A stretch of DNA of 34,279 nt from a virus (lineage: Duplodnaviria; Caudoviricetes): the IMG/VR virus record IMGVR_UViG_3300034061_005476, positions 1-34,279 of that record; one strand, 5' to 3'. Below, piece after piece: positions 1 to 7,529 of the stretch. A program made the position numbers and the translations under genes. Positions within the stretch are counted from its first letter, which is position 1. Each line of letters begins with the position of its first letter. A model generated the notes under the pieces. The model saw only the letters and a program-made list of their open reading frames with translations, was not told where the DNA came from and searched no databases.

Positions 1-1180
1 GATTTGCGTGATGGAATGAGTGGCAGTGAATAAACTTACCATCAACTACAAATCCCAATCTTACAGTTCCAAGTCCCAACCACTCAATATCCATCCAAAG
101 AATTTGTGCCTTACTAATATCTAATGTGACACCAGATGGATTGAGATGCCCAGGACCAAGCATCGTATCAATATTCCAATCTGCTTGTGCTACTCTTGTT
201 TCTGTTGTAATTCCCGGAACATAAGTTCTTTCTACAAAATATAAACTACTTCCATCAAGTTCCAGATACATTCCATTGTCTGCACCAAAGTATCCTACTC
301 TTTGGCGAAGATTTTCTTTTGCTGGGTTCATTACAAAAGTAGTTAAAATTTCTAATGACTTTCCTGGTTGATATGAGAATACTTTTGTCGTTTCTCTGAT
401 GATTGATGCGGTGCTTCCAACACCAACAGTTAAATTTACTAAACCTTGTGCAGTTACAAATCCAACTGTTGAACCAGTACCAATAACTAAACCACTCCAA
501 AGATTATTATCTCTATATCTGTGCGAACTATCAAAAAGTGTAAGTGGTGTAGATACTCTTTGCCTACCAAATGCATCAGTTGCTATTGGTGGTAATTCAA
601 TATCAACAGTTCCAGTAACAGGAAATGGATTTGTGGTGCTGACTGGTGAATTATTAAGATTGATTGATACTTGTCCGGTGGTTCCAATACCTACTGTTCC
701 CTGAACTGTGACTGTTGAACCAATACCTGATACTGCGACTGTTGTGACTGGATTGGTTATATAAAAACTTGTATTTGAGATTGATACTGTATTTCCAATT
801 GATACAGTTCCACCAACAGTTACAGAAGTAACGGGATTTAAAATATAGAATGAAGTGTTAGAGATTGATACTGTATTTCCAATTGATACAGTGTTCAGTA
901 ATGTAGAAATACCGACTGGAAGATATGGAGTTGTTAATGTTCCACCTGTCCCAACTTCAACTATGTGATTATGAATTGGATTATCTGGAGTGCTTGTAAC
1001 TGTTACTATTCCTGGAATTGTAATACTACCATTAATAGTAATATTGGAACTTCCAAGAGATACTGGGAATGGATTATCAACAGTAACTACTTCGCCATTC
1101 TTATTGGCAATCATTGGGACTTCAAAAAGAGTTCTTTCCTGATTCAGAAAGTCCTGTGTATTTTTATTAAACTGTGCCAT
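1..1180 (-). CDS. Putative virion structural protein, 3' end outside the window (not in ORF track)
   Basis: Manual translation from ATG at 1180 is open to the window edge: MAQFNKNTQDFLNQERTLFEVPMIANKNGEVVTVDNPFPVSLG...DAFGRQRVSTPLTLFDSSH...RETTKVFSYQPGKS...WMDIEWLGLGTVRLGFVVDGKFIHCHSFHHAN. The DAFGR.RVS / YQPGKS / WLG.G.VR.GF pattern is one I recognise from beta-rich structural proteins of large phages. The N-terminal half is Thr/Val/Gly-rich. Confidence 0.85.
   Translation of the reverse strand, partial: MAQFNKNTQDFLNQERTLFEVPMIANKNGEVVTVDNPFPVSLGSSNITINGSITIPGIVTVTSTPDNPIHNHIVEVGTGGTLTTPYLPVGISTLLNTVSIGNTVSISNTSFYILNPVTSVTVGGTVSIGNTVSISNTSFYITNPVTTVAVSGIGSTVTVQGTVGIGTTGQVSINLNNSPVSTTNPFPVTGTVDIELPPIATDAFGRQRVSTPLTLFDSSHRYRDNNLWSGLVIGTGSTVGFVTAQGLVNLTVGVGSTASIIRETTKVFSYQPGKSLEILTTFVMNPAKENLRQRVGYFGADNGMYLELDGSSLYFVERTYVPGITTETRVAQADWNIDTMLGPGHLNPSGVTLDISKAQILWMDIEWLGLGTVRLGFVVDGKFIHCHSFHHAN
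744..892 (-). repeat. Intragenic tandem duplication, 84-bp (28-aa) period
   Basis: Identical 32-bp core gagattgatactgtatttccaattgatacagt at 777-808 and 861-892. Encodes TVSIGNTVSISNTSFYI(L/T)NPVT twice. Confidence 0.95.
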
Positions 1181-1182
1181 AA

Positions 1183-1491
1183 TTAATCAGTCCAAGTTAG
1201 TCTTTCTGGTTGATATCTTTGTGAGTTCTTAATTTTTAGAGAATTTGTTGTTTGGGGGTAAATGTTATGAACAATTGCACCTGGATATTCACCCTGCAAT
1301 TGCTCCGCAAGTTCATTTTTATTCATCAATTTGCCCTCAACTTCCAAGCGGTATAATTTTCCCTCCCAAACTACATCAGCAAGAAAAGACTCGTTAGTAG
1401 TTTCTGGTTGCGATGCATTCATATAAAGATTTCCGTTGAAATCTCCAGCAATATTGACACTTTCTGAAATAAACTGTTGAAAAGATTTCAT
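1183..1491 (-). CDS. Hypothetical protein with T4 capsid-targeting-sequence-like N-terminus (candidate internal head protein)
   Basis: 102-aa ORF packed between neighbours with 1-2 nt gaps. N-terminus MKSFQQFISE resembles the T4 internal-protein leader MKTYQEFIAE. Confidence 0.75.
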   Translation of the reverse strand: MKSFQQFISESVNIAGDFNGNLYMNASQPETTNESFLADVVWEGKLYRLEVEGKLMNKNELAEQLQGEYPGAIVHNIYPQTTNSLKIKNSQRYQPERLTWTD

Positions 1492-1492
1492 T

Positions 1493-2809
1493 TTAGTTAC
1501 AGTTCCAACGACGGAGAGCTTTGTTGATTCTTGAATCTGGATCTCTTGCGGTCTTTGCTGAAGTTAATTTAGATTTCATCCCTGACATACGACTACAAAA
1601 GTTTTTACGACGCTTTGCTCTTTTACCCTTTGGTTTCTTTTCGGTTACCGCAGTCTGAAGTTTTGAACCTGGATTTTCACGACGATATGCATTAACTGCT
1701 TTTTGACTTAACCCATCTGTTTTATCTTTGCGATTTACTGACTGCCAATCTTCGGCAAGTTCTTCTCTCCAGTTTGAATATAACTTTTTCTCTCCAAGAA
1801 GTCTACTACCAATACCTTTACTTCGTTTTAGTACTTCCGGTTTAATAATATCAATAAATTCAACATAAGGATTTCCACTTGCGTCTTCAATTGAAACTGA
1901 TTCTGGGACACAATTTGGAACCATTTTTTTGCCCTTCTTCTTCATACCAACTTTTTTATATCCAACCCAACACGCTTCATCCATTGATCCTTGAACATTA
2001 TGCTCACCACTATCTAGATAGTCAGCAGCGGCATCAATATAATCTGCTGCTTTTGTAATTTTTGATTGAACCCACGCTTCAATATTACCCTCACCTTTCA
2101 ACTTACCGCGAAGTCTTTTTGCCGCAGAAATAATTGTGGAGAGTTCAGATCTTGCCATTGAATATTCGTGATCTGGTTCCTTAGATTCATTTGCTGGGTG
2201 AACCTGAGCAATACTAAACTTCATCTGATTTGTTGATAAACTTGAAGGTATTGAAAACATATCCCAATACTTAGGACCATATTTACACTCTTCTCTAGTC
2301 TCATCCTTTTCACATTTGGGGCAGTAACGCATCATACTCATTTGTTCCGAGAGAGGGTCCTTTGATGATAGATTTATTGATTCTGATTTATTACCCCAAT
2401 TAGCGGCACCAACCTTACGGCATTTTACTAATGCCCCGGAAGCATATGCACTTGGCCAAACATCATATCTTGATTTTACCTTTGTATAGCAAGCATCTTT
2501 TTTGCCACTACTCTTTCCCTTAATATCTTTTTCTTCGTTCATTTTCTTTTTTGGTTTATCGGTATGAACATAAGTTGGTTTAGCGGCACCAGATTTTTCT
2601 GGTTGATTTGGATCAGCAGCACTTTTTCTTCTTTGTGCTGATATTCTTTCTGCTTTTGACATACTTGCTCTTTTTGAAGAAGAAACACATTTTGGAGTTC
2701 CTGTTTCACCCTCTTCACGAGCACAAGGTTCTCCCGAAATTACTTCAACCCATCCAGGTTTTCCATCTTTTGATTTAGAACCCTTAAACCATTTATGCAA
2801 AGAACCCAT
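1493..2809 (-). CDS. Modular basic protein, candidate polyprotein of small Cys-containing domains; C-terminal module resembles DUF6321-type phage domains
   Basis: 438 aa, Lys-rich. Short modules are visible: KKDACYTKVKSRYDVWPSAYASGALVKCRK, CPKC, EAWVQSKITKAADY, ACWVGYKKVGMKKKGKKMVPNCVP and RRKNFCSRM...DPDSRINKALRRWNC. They are separated by X-X-E junctions. Confidence 0.8.
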   Translation of the reverse strand: MGSLHKWFKGSKSKDGKPGWVEVISGEPCAREEGETGTPKCVSSSKRASMSKAERISAQRRKSAADPNQPEKSGAAKPTYVHTDKPKKKMNEEKDIKGKSSGKKDACYTKVKSRYDVWPSAYASGALVKCRKVGAANWGNKSESINLSSKDPLSEQMSMMRYCPKCEKDETREECKYGPKYWDMFSIPSSLSTNQMKFSIAQVHPANESKEPDHEYSMARSELSTIISAAKRLRGKLKGEGNIEAWVQSKITKAADYIDAAADYLDSGEHNVQGSMDEACWVGYKKVGMKKKGKKMVPNCVPESVSIEDASGNPYVEFIDIIKPEVLKRSKGIGSRLLGEKKLYSNWREELAEDWQSVNRKDKTDGLSQKAVNAYRRENPGSKLQTAVTEKKPKGKRAKRRKNFCSRMSGMKSKLTSAKTARDPDSRINKALRRWNCN

Positions 2810-2823
2810 CTAAAGTATATGAC

Positions 2824-3246
2824 TTATTCTTTATTATTTAGAAAACCTTGTTTCAGTAATTTTGACAATTCTGAAGTAGACCCAACAAACACGGCATTGT
2901 TTGTGACATTATTGGAAACTTTAGTATTATCTTCCTGAACATCCTTCAGTTTTTTCTGTAGGTCTATAAGTTTATCAGTAGTATCAGCGACACTTTTAAT
3001 CAATTGCCCCGCCACTTCATATGCTCTTGGACTTCCACCCTCACCCGCAAGTTCCATAATTCCATTAATTGCCTCTTGACCCTTCTCAATTAATGAGTAT
3101 AGATTTGCTCTGGTATATTCATAATCTTTTTTTATATCATCATTCTGTTTTGGAATGATATCAATTGGTGTGATGGACTTTTCTACCTCAACAATATCAC
3201 TTTCAATATTCAGTGCTTTATCCAAATCTTCATAATTATTTTTCAT
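2824..3246 (-). CDS. gp16: Terminase small subunit (T4 gp16-like)
   Basis: DYEYTRANLYSLIEKGQEAI...PRAYEVAGQLIK...NNAVFVGSTSELSKLLK is typical of cyanomyovirus gp16. Lies directly after gp15. Confidence 0.9.
   Translation of the reverse strand: MKNNYEDLDKALNIESDIVEVEKSITPIDIIPKQNDDIKKDYEYTRANLYSLIEKGQEAINGIMELAGEGGSPRAYEVAGQLIKSVADTTDKLIDLQKKLKDVQEDNTKVSNNVTNNAVFVGSTSELSKLLKQGFLNNKE
2835..2841 (-). promoter_or_regulatory. Possible T4-type late promoter variant (CTAAATA)
   Basis: CTAAATA on the minus strand, 25 nt upstream of the 438-aa gene start, inside the 3' end of gp16. Confidence 0.5.
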
Positions 3247-3252
3247 AATGTA

Positions 3253-4053
3253 TTAAATATCCCTCTGTTGAGTTGGACTATAGGTTTTAGCATCACCAAA
3301 TGTCTCCCAAGTTTCATTAAATCCAAAATCATCATCTGGTCCAGCATCAATTGGATCTGGAGTGAGAGTATATCTCATTTCTCTCTTAGCAGTTGCAGTA
3401 TCAGTACTAGTATACATATCAACTTGAACCTTACGAATAAGACCCTCTGTACTATCAGAAATAGGACCAAATAGATATGTTTTGGCGGTAAAATTTAATG
3501 TATATATTAAAGTCCTTCTAGTTGAATAATCACCCTCATAATCATCGGTAAAGGATACACTATCCAAAACCACAGGAATATCTCTTTTCTCTCCAATAGA
3601 ATCTACCAAATCTACAGTTAGATTAAAGGAGGGTTGAAAATTTGGAAGAATTTGCTCCACTATTTGTAAAGCATCATCTTGCAATTTAGTCATTATATTA
3701 AGTTGAAAACCAATATTATATGGAACTGGCATGTAAACTTTTTTGATAGTATCTCCATTTCCACAGGTCTTAAATGTTTGAGTTACATTTGCCTTTCTTG
3801 TAGAGTCATATTGAATAGAAGTCATTTCAAATGATATTCTAGGAAGAGTAATCTGAATTGCCTTATTCAATTCAGATTGTTGCTCAATCCTGGCAAGAAA
3901 CTTTTGCATAGGTCCATACCCAAGAGGAACCTTTATCTGACTGATTCCTACATCAGATGAATTTTTATGCTCTATATAAATGTCATTAAAAAGAGTTCCA
4001 AATGCAGTAACAGTCTTTCTAATAATTTGGTGGTAAAAATAGGTTCCTAGCGT
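3253..4053 (-). CDS. gp15: Tail sheath stabiliser / tail terminator (T4 gp15-like); start extended to an ACG codon at 4053
   Basis: The ORF track starts at ATG 3909, but the frame continues 48 codons upstream as (ACG)-LGTYFYHQIIRKTVTAFGTLFNDIYI...KVPLGYGP, the conserved gp15 N-terminus. LPRISFE, PVPYN and EQILP.F.P motifs are present. In-frame TGA at 4072-4074. Confidence 0.9.
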   Translation of the reverse strand, partial: TLGTYFYHQIIRKTVTAFGTLFNDIYIEHKNSSDVGISQIKVPLGYGPMQKFLARIEQQSELNKAIQITLPRISFEMTSIQYDSTRKANVTQTFKTCGNGDTIKKVYMPVPYNIGFQLNIMTKLQDDALQIVEQILPNFQPSFNLTVDLVDSIGEKRDIPVVLDSVSFTDDYEGDYSTRRTLIYTLNFTAKTYLFGPISDSTEGLIRKVQVDMYTSTDTATAKREMRYTLTPDPIDAGPDDDFGFNETWETFGDAKTYSPTQQRDI

Positions 4054-4091
4054 TTTTCTATACCCGTTTATTCAGTCATTACCGTATTATA

Positions 4092-4099
4092 TATTTATA
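4092..4099 (-). promoter_or_regulatory. T4-type late promoter TATAAATA
   Basis: Exact consensus in the gp14-gp15 intergenic gap. Confidence 0.8.
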
Positions 4100-4102
4100 G
4101 TA

Positions 4103-5491
4103 TCAATAAGAACCAAATGGGTTAGATTCAGAAAAATCTAAAATAGATTCTGCTTCGGTCTGAATCTGTAAATTATCACCATACTTATCATATGGATTCC
4201 AATTGCTATAAGTATTTACCGAATATTGGGCATTGGAAGTAGAACCCACAATTGTTTCTCCAGGGAAAAATCCACTTGGAGTTACATTATCAACAAAAGA
4301 AACCTTAAGAATTTTAGTATCGAAATCCCAAGATTTAACTCTTGCTGTTGTTCCTGACCTGGATCCGGTTACAATCTCATTAAATAGGTAAGTTCCGATT
4401 CCCGTTATGATTGGTGGAGGATCGATAACAATTTCAGGAGGAACCGTATAACCTATTCCTGGATTTGTTATTCTAATGTAACTAATAGATTGTCCAGATC
4501 CAACTACAGATTCTAATATGGATGTCTCGCCCAGTCCGACATCTCCTATAACTCTTACCGTAGGAGATGTCGAATAACCAACTCCATTATCGGTAATATT
4601 TACAAATACTAAACCAAAATTATTTTTTTCTATATTGCAAGTTGCAGCAGCACCAGTACCGTTTCCTATAATTGAAATGCTTGGAGGAGTAGTATATCCA
4701 AAACCAGAATTAGTGAGGATAATATTTTTTATAGAATAGAAACCAGAATTTAATGAACTTATTACTTCAGCGGTTGCAGTAATACCCCCAGAAGGTGCTG
4801 TACTGATAGAAACTATGGGAGGTGATGTGTATCCATATCCATCATTATTTAATGTTATTTTGCTGATATATCCAAATCCAATCCCTGTAGTTGCCGTTGC
4901 GGTTCTTCCAAGACCAATCAAAGTTAGTGTGGTTATATATCCTTCATCTTCAATTTGAGTATCAATTTCCTCAATGGATGTATCAATAACTTCATCTTCA
5001 TATTCAAATAATTCACATTTCAGTTCGTAAACATATAATTTACCCAATTGATAGAATGGTTGTTCGTGCTCTACAAATTTAACTTCAAATAGTCTTTGAC
5101 CTAGTGGAAAATATACTAAATCTCCTTCTCTAGGTCTTGATGCTAAAACAATTTCTTCATCACTTTCTGTTTCTAAAAAAGGAGAAATGAAATCCTCAAA
5201 TCTTTCTTTGGAAATGATTAAACTCAAATCATCCTTTAAACTCATTCCAAACTTAGTTAAAATATCTCCTTGCCCACTATATCCTTCATAATTGCTTATG
5301 TATGCTTCTAATGCAAAATTATCGTCGAATTTGGATGAAGAAACCTCTCTAAGTATAGTTTCTCTCCTTACAAATTTTCGGGGAATATAAATTATTTCCA
5401 CACCATAAATTCTCAACTGCTCGTTGATTAATTCTTGAACAAGTCTTTGCTCATTTGGTGAACCTTGAAGAAAAAAGGGATTTAGTGCCAT
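4103..5491 (-). CDS. gp14: Neck / head closure protein (T4 gp14-like) with inserted beta-rich repeat modules
   Basis: MALNPFFLQG..EQRLVQELINEQLRIYG, RPREGDLVYFP, FVEHEQPFYQLGK.YVYEL.CELFEY and C-terminal DFSESNPFG motifs. Lies between gp13 and gp15. Confidence 0.93.
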   Translation of the reverse strand: MALNPFFLQGSPNEQRLVQELINEQLRIYGVEIIYIPRKFVRRETILREVSSSKFDDNFALEAYISNYEGYSGQGDILTKFGMSLKDDLSLIISKERFEDFISPFLETESDEEIVLASRPREGDLVYFPLGQRLFEVKFVEHEQPFYQLGKLYVYELKCELFEYEDEVIDTSIEEIDTQIEDEGYITTLTLIGLGRTATATTGIGFGYISKITLNNDGYGYTSPPIVSISTAPSGGITATAEVISSLNSGFYSIKNIILTNSGFGYTTPPSISIIGNGTGAAATCNIEKNNFGLVFVNITDNGVGYSTSPTVRVIGDVGLGETSILESVVGSGQSISYIRITNPGIGYTVPPEIVIDPPPIITGIGTYLFNEIVTGSRSGTTARVKSWDFDTKILKVSFVDNVTPSGFFPGETIVGSTSNAQYSVNTYSNWNPYDKYGDNLQIQTEAESILDFSESNPFGSY

Positions 5492-5493
5492 TA

Positions 5494-6339
5494 TTATCCG
5501 ATAAAATCGTAAGGTGGTAGTTCATATTCGAGTACCATTCTCTGTTTTATATCTTCCAACTCTCTCTCAGCATCTTCATATAGTTCTCTGCCATTTAGTT
5601 CAATTCCACCTGGCAATTTAACTCCTCTGAATTTAATTAGATTCTGCCCCCACTGCTTCTTCATAAGTGAAGTTAGATATTTCTTTAAAAAACTATCATT
5701 ATAAACATCAGTGAAGGTATTTGGATCTAAAATTCTATAGCAATCAATTATTAGGAAAGTTCCAACTTGTTGAGATCCCCAGTCAATATCCAAATACATT
5801 CTATTCTGTCTTTTATTAAATCTTATCTGCTTATCAGTACTCAAAAGAAAATCAATATCCTCAAGATAAGTTTTTACCATCGAATATTGTAATAAATCAA
5901 TTGAATTGAAATAATATAAGTCATTTAAGAATAGTTGATATTTAATGCTAAACATACCTCTAGAGATAGAACTAGCATCAAATTTAAAAACTTTTTCTAT
6001 TCCAATTACAGAATCCGGAACCTGAATAAAATTGGATGTTTCATAAAAATTGGAGGTAATTGTTCCAAGACCTGATATATTTGTTGATGTTCCTGTTGTA
6101 GTTACTAATCCAACACCACTTCCTCTTGATGCGGTTCCTCTGTTAATATCATCTTGAGTAAATTGATACTTCAGATACATTCTCTCTACACCATCAAAGT
6201 GCCTCTCCTGGAAGTACTGGAGGGCATCATCTACTAAATCATCTATTTGATCGTCGGCAAGGTTAATCTCCAATACAGGGGCACCTAGGCGTCTTAGGCA
6301 ATAGTCTACGAGTTCTTGTCTACTTGCTGGCTTAGACAC
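5494..6339 (-). CDS. gp13: Neck / head-tail adaptor protein (T4 gp13-like)
   Basis: PASRQELVDYCLRRLGAPVLEIN and KKQWGQNLIKF.GVKLPGGIELNG motifs. Confidence 0.94.
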   Translation of the reverse strand: MSKPASRQELVDYCLRRLGAPVLEINLADDQIDDLVDDALQYFQERHFDGVERMYLKYQFTQDDINRGTASRGSGVGLVTTTGTSTNISGLGTITSNFYETSNFIQVPDSVIGIEKVFKFDASSISRGMFSIKYQLFLNDLYYFNSIDLLQYSMVKTYLEDIDFLLSTDKQIRFNKRQNRMYLDIDWGSQQVGTFLIIDCYRILDPNTFTDVYNDSFLKKYLTSLMKKQWGQNLIKFRGVKLPGGIELNGRELYEDAERELEDIKQRMVLEYELPPYDFIG

Positions 6340-6800
6340 TAATAGGTTCCTCCATCTATAACATTGGACCAGGTTGGTATTCCTGAATTGTCAGTTGTAA
6401 GTATATAGTTAGTTTCTGATATTGTCGCTGAAGTAGTGCCAGTAGAAACTAATCGGTCATTAGGATCAAAATATGCAACACCATAAGGTTGCCCCAACGG
6501 ATAATAAATTGATTGCCCTACCGTAAGGATTCCGGTAATATTTGCATTACGAGCAGTAAATTCATCAAATACTAAATCATCACTAATATAAAGATCACCA
6601 TCAATGTAAACATCATTTTTAAAGGTTGCAATACCTATAAATGTAGATACTCCACTAACATTAAGAGATGTAACTGATGCTATTCCACCAATTACATTTG
6701 TTGCGATATCGGCAAAATTCGCAAAATTTGATCCACCACTAATAGATGAAATTACCTTGACTGAATTTTGTTGCCCGACTCTAACTTTAATATCAGACAT
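6339..6800 (-). CDS. Hypothetical virion-associated protein
   Basis: 153 aa, overlaps both neighbours by 1 nt. Beta-rich, with VSGVSTF.G.ATF and a C-terminal IDGGTY as seen in cyanophage fibre-like proteins. Confidence 0.75.
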   Translation of the reverse strand: MSDIKVRVGQQNSVKVISSISGGSNFANFADIATNVIGGIASVTSLNVSGVSTFIGIATFKNDVYIDGDLYISDDLVFDEFTARNANITGILTVGQSIYYPLGQPYGVAYFDPNDRLVSTGTTSATISETNYILTTDNSGIPTWSNVIDGGTY

Positions 6801-7141
6801 TAACGAGTAACTCCTTCTCTTACAAGAACCATCCCTTCAATTACTCTTGTTTTAACAGAATTTATAGTAATAACTACATCATATACATATCTCCCAGGTT
6901 TTAAATCTACTGTTTGACTGGAAGTTAAAGAGATAGAAATTTTTCCCAATGTTCTTGGTGATAAAATACCGGAAGTGAAGGTGGTAAATGTTGAGCTGCC
7001 AGAATACTTTCTCATCTGTGCTGATACCGTATATCCAGTTAAATCCAGCGCAGAATCAGTGTCATTAGATTCTAATGTAAAAGTTTGAGAAAAATCTGTA
7101 CCTGAATTGACTACAAGGTTATTAACATATACAGATGCCAT
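6800..7141 (-). CDS. Conserved phage structural protein, probable Ig-like / BppU-N-like domain
   Basis: 113 aa with GTDFSQTF, LDLTGYT..AQMRK, GRYVYDV and TRVIEG...V..GVTR motifs. Preceded by a late promoter. Confidence 0.8.
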   Translation of the reverse strand: MASVYVNNLVVNSGTDFSQTFTLESNDTDSALDLTGYTVSAQMRKYSGSSTFTTFTSGILSPRTLGKISISLTSSQTVDLKPGRYVYDVVITINSVKTRVIEGMVLVREGVTR

Positions 7142-7162
7142 TTATTCCAATATATCTACTTT

Positions 7163-7342
7163 CTATTTATATTTAATTGCACCAAGAGAAGAAATAGTTT
7201 CTTGTTGCTTTAAGTATAATTTACAATAAAGTTTCGAAAAATTTTTTAATTCATCAAAACTCAATTCATCTATAAATCTAGAATGTTTTTCATATTCGAA
7301 TAATTTATCGATAGTTTTCAATTCAATATCATTTGGATCCAT
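7163..7342 (-). CDS. 59-aa helical protein, NblA-like candidate (not in ORF track)
   Basis: ATG 7342 to TAG 7163: MDPNDIELKTIDKLFEYEKHSRFIDELSFDELKNFSKLYCKLYLKQQETISSLGAIKYK. Fills the apparent gap exactly and overlaps the upstream gene by 14 nt. The CDS is well supported; the NblA assignment is tentative. Confidence 0.7.
   Translation of the reverse strand: MDPNDIELKTIDKLFEYEKHSRFIDELSFDELKNFSKLYCKLYLKQQETISSLGAIKYK
7164..7171 (-). promoter_or_regulatory. T4-type late promoter TATAAATA
   Basis: Exact consensus 22 nt upstream of ATG 7141, overlapping the end of the 59-aa ORF. Confidence 0.8.
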
Positions 7343-7529
7343 TTAGCAATTCTCTCAATAAAGATTTAATTTCGTCAATATCTTGTTTAATCATATCCAA
7401 TTCTTTTTTTTGAGATTCCCTATTATTAACTATATTGAGATATTGATTATATGCTGCAGAATCGCAATTAACGATAGCGCCGCTATTTTCATCTCTATAA
7501 AGATTCGTATGCCCCTTTACTCTAATCAT
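7329..7529 (-). CDS. Conserved cyanophage hypothetical protein with C-terminal coiled coil
   Basis: 66 aa, V.GH.NLYRD..SGAIVN motif and heptad-like ELDMIKQDIDEIKSLLRELL. ATGA overlap with the upstream gene. Confidence 0.8.
   Translation of the reverse strand: MIRVKGHTNLYRDENSGAIVNCDSAAYNQYLNIVNNRESQKKELDMIKQDIDEIKSLLRELLNGSK

Noticed and set aside
744-892. Possible diversity-generating retroelement TR/VR pair
   Set aside because: The copies are tandem, in frame and differ largely at synonymous sites rather than at adenines, and no reverse transcriptase is present.
255-1186. Track ORFs 255-500(-), 399-704(+) and 965-1186(+)
   Set aside because: They are shadows of the long minus-strand frame starting at ATG 1180, which is open to the window edge and has recognisable motifs.
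2539-2724. 61-aa alternative-frame ORF inside the 438-aa gene
   Set aside because: Nested in a well-supported CDS, with no motif and no evident RBS.
3253-3909. gp15 starting at ATG 3909 (218 aa)
   Set aside because: This start would delete the conserved N-terminal 48 residues encoded in frame upstream.
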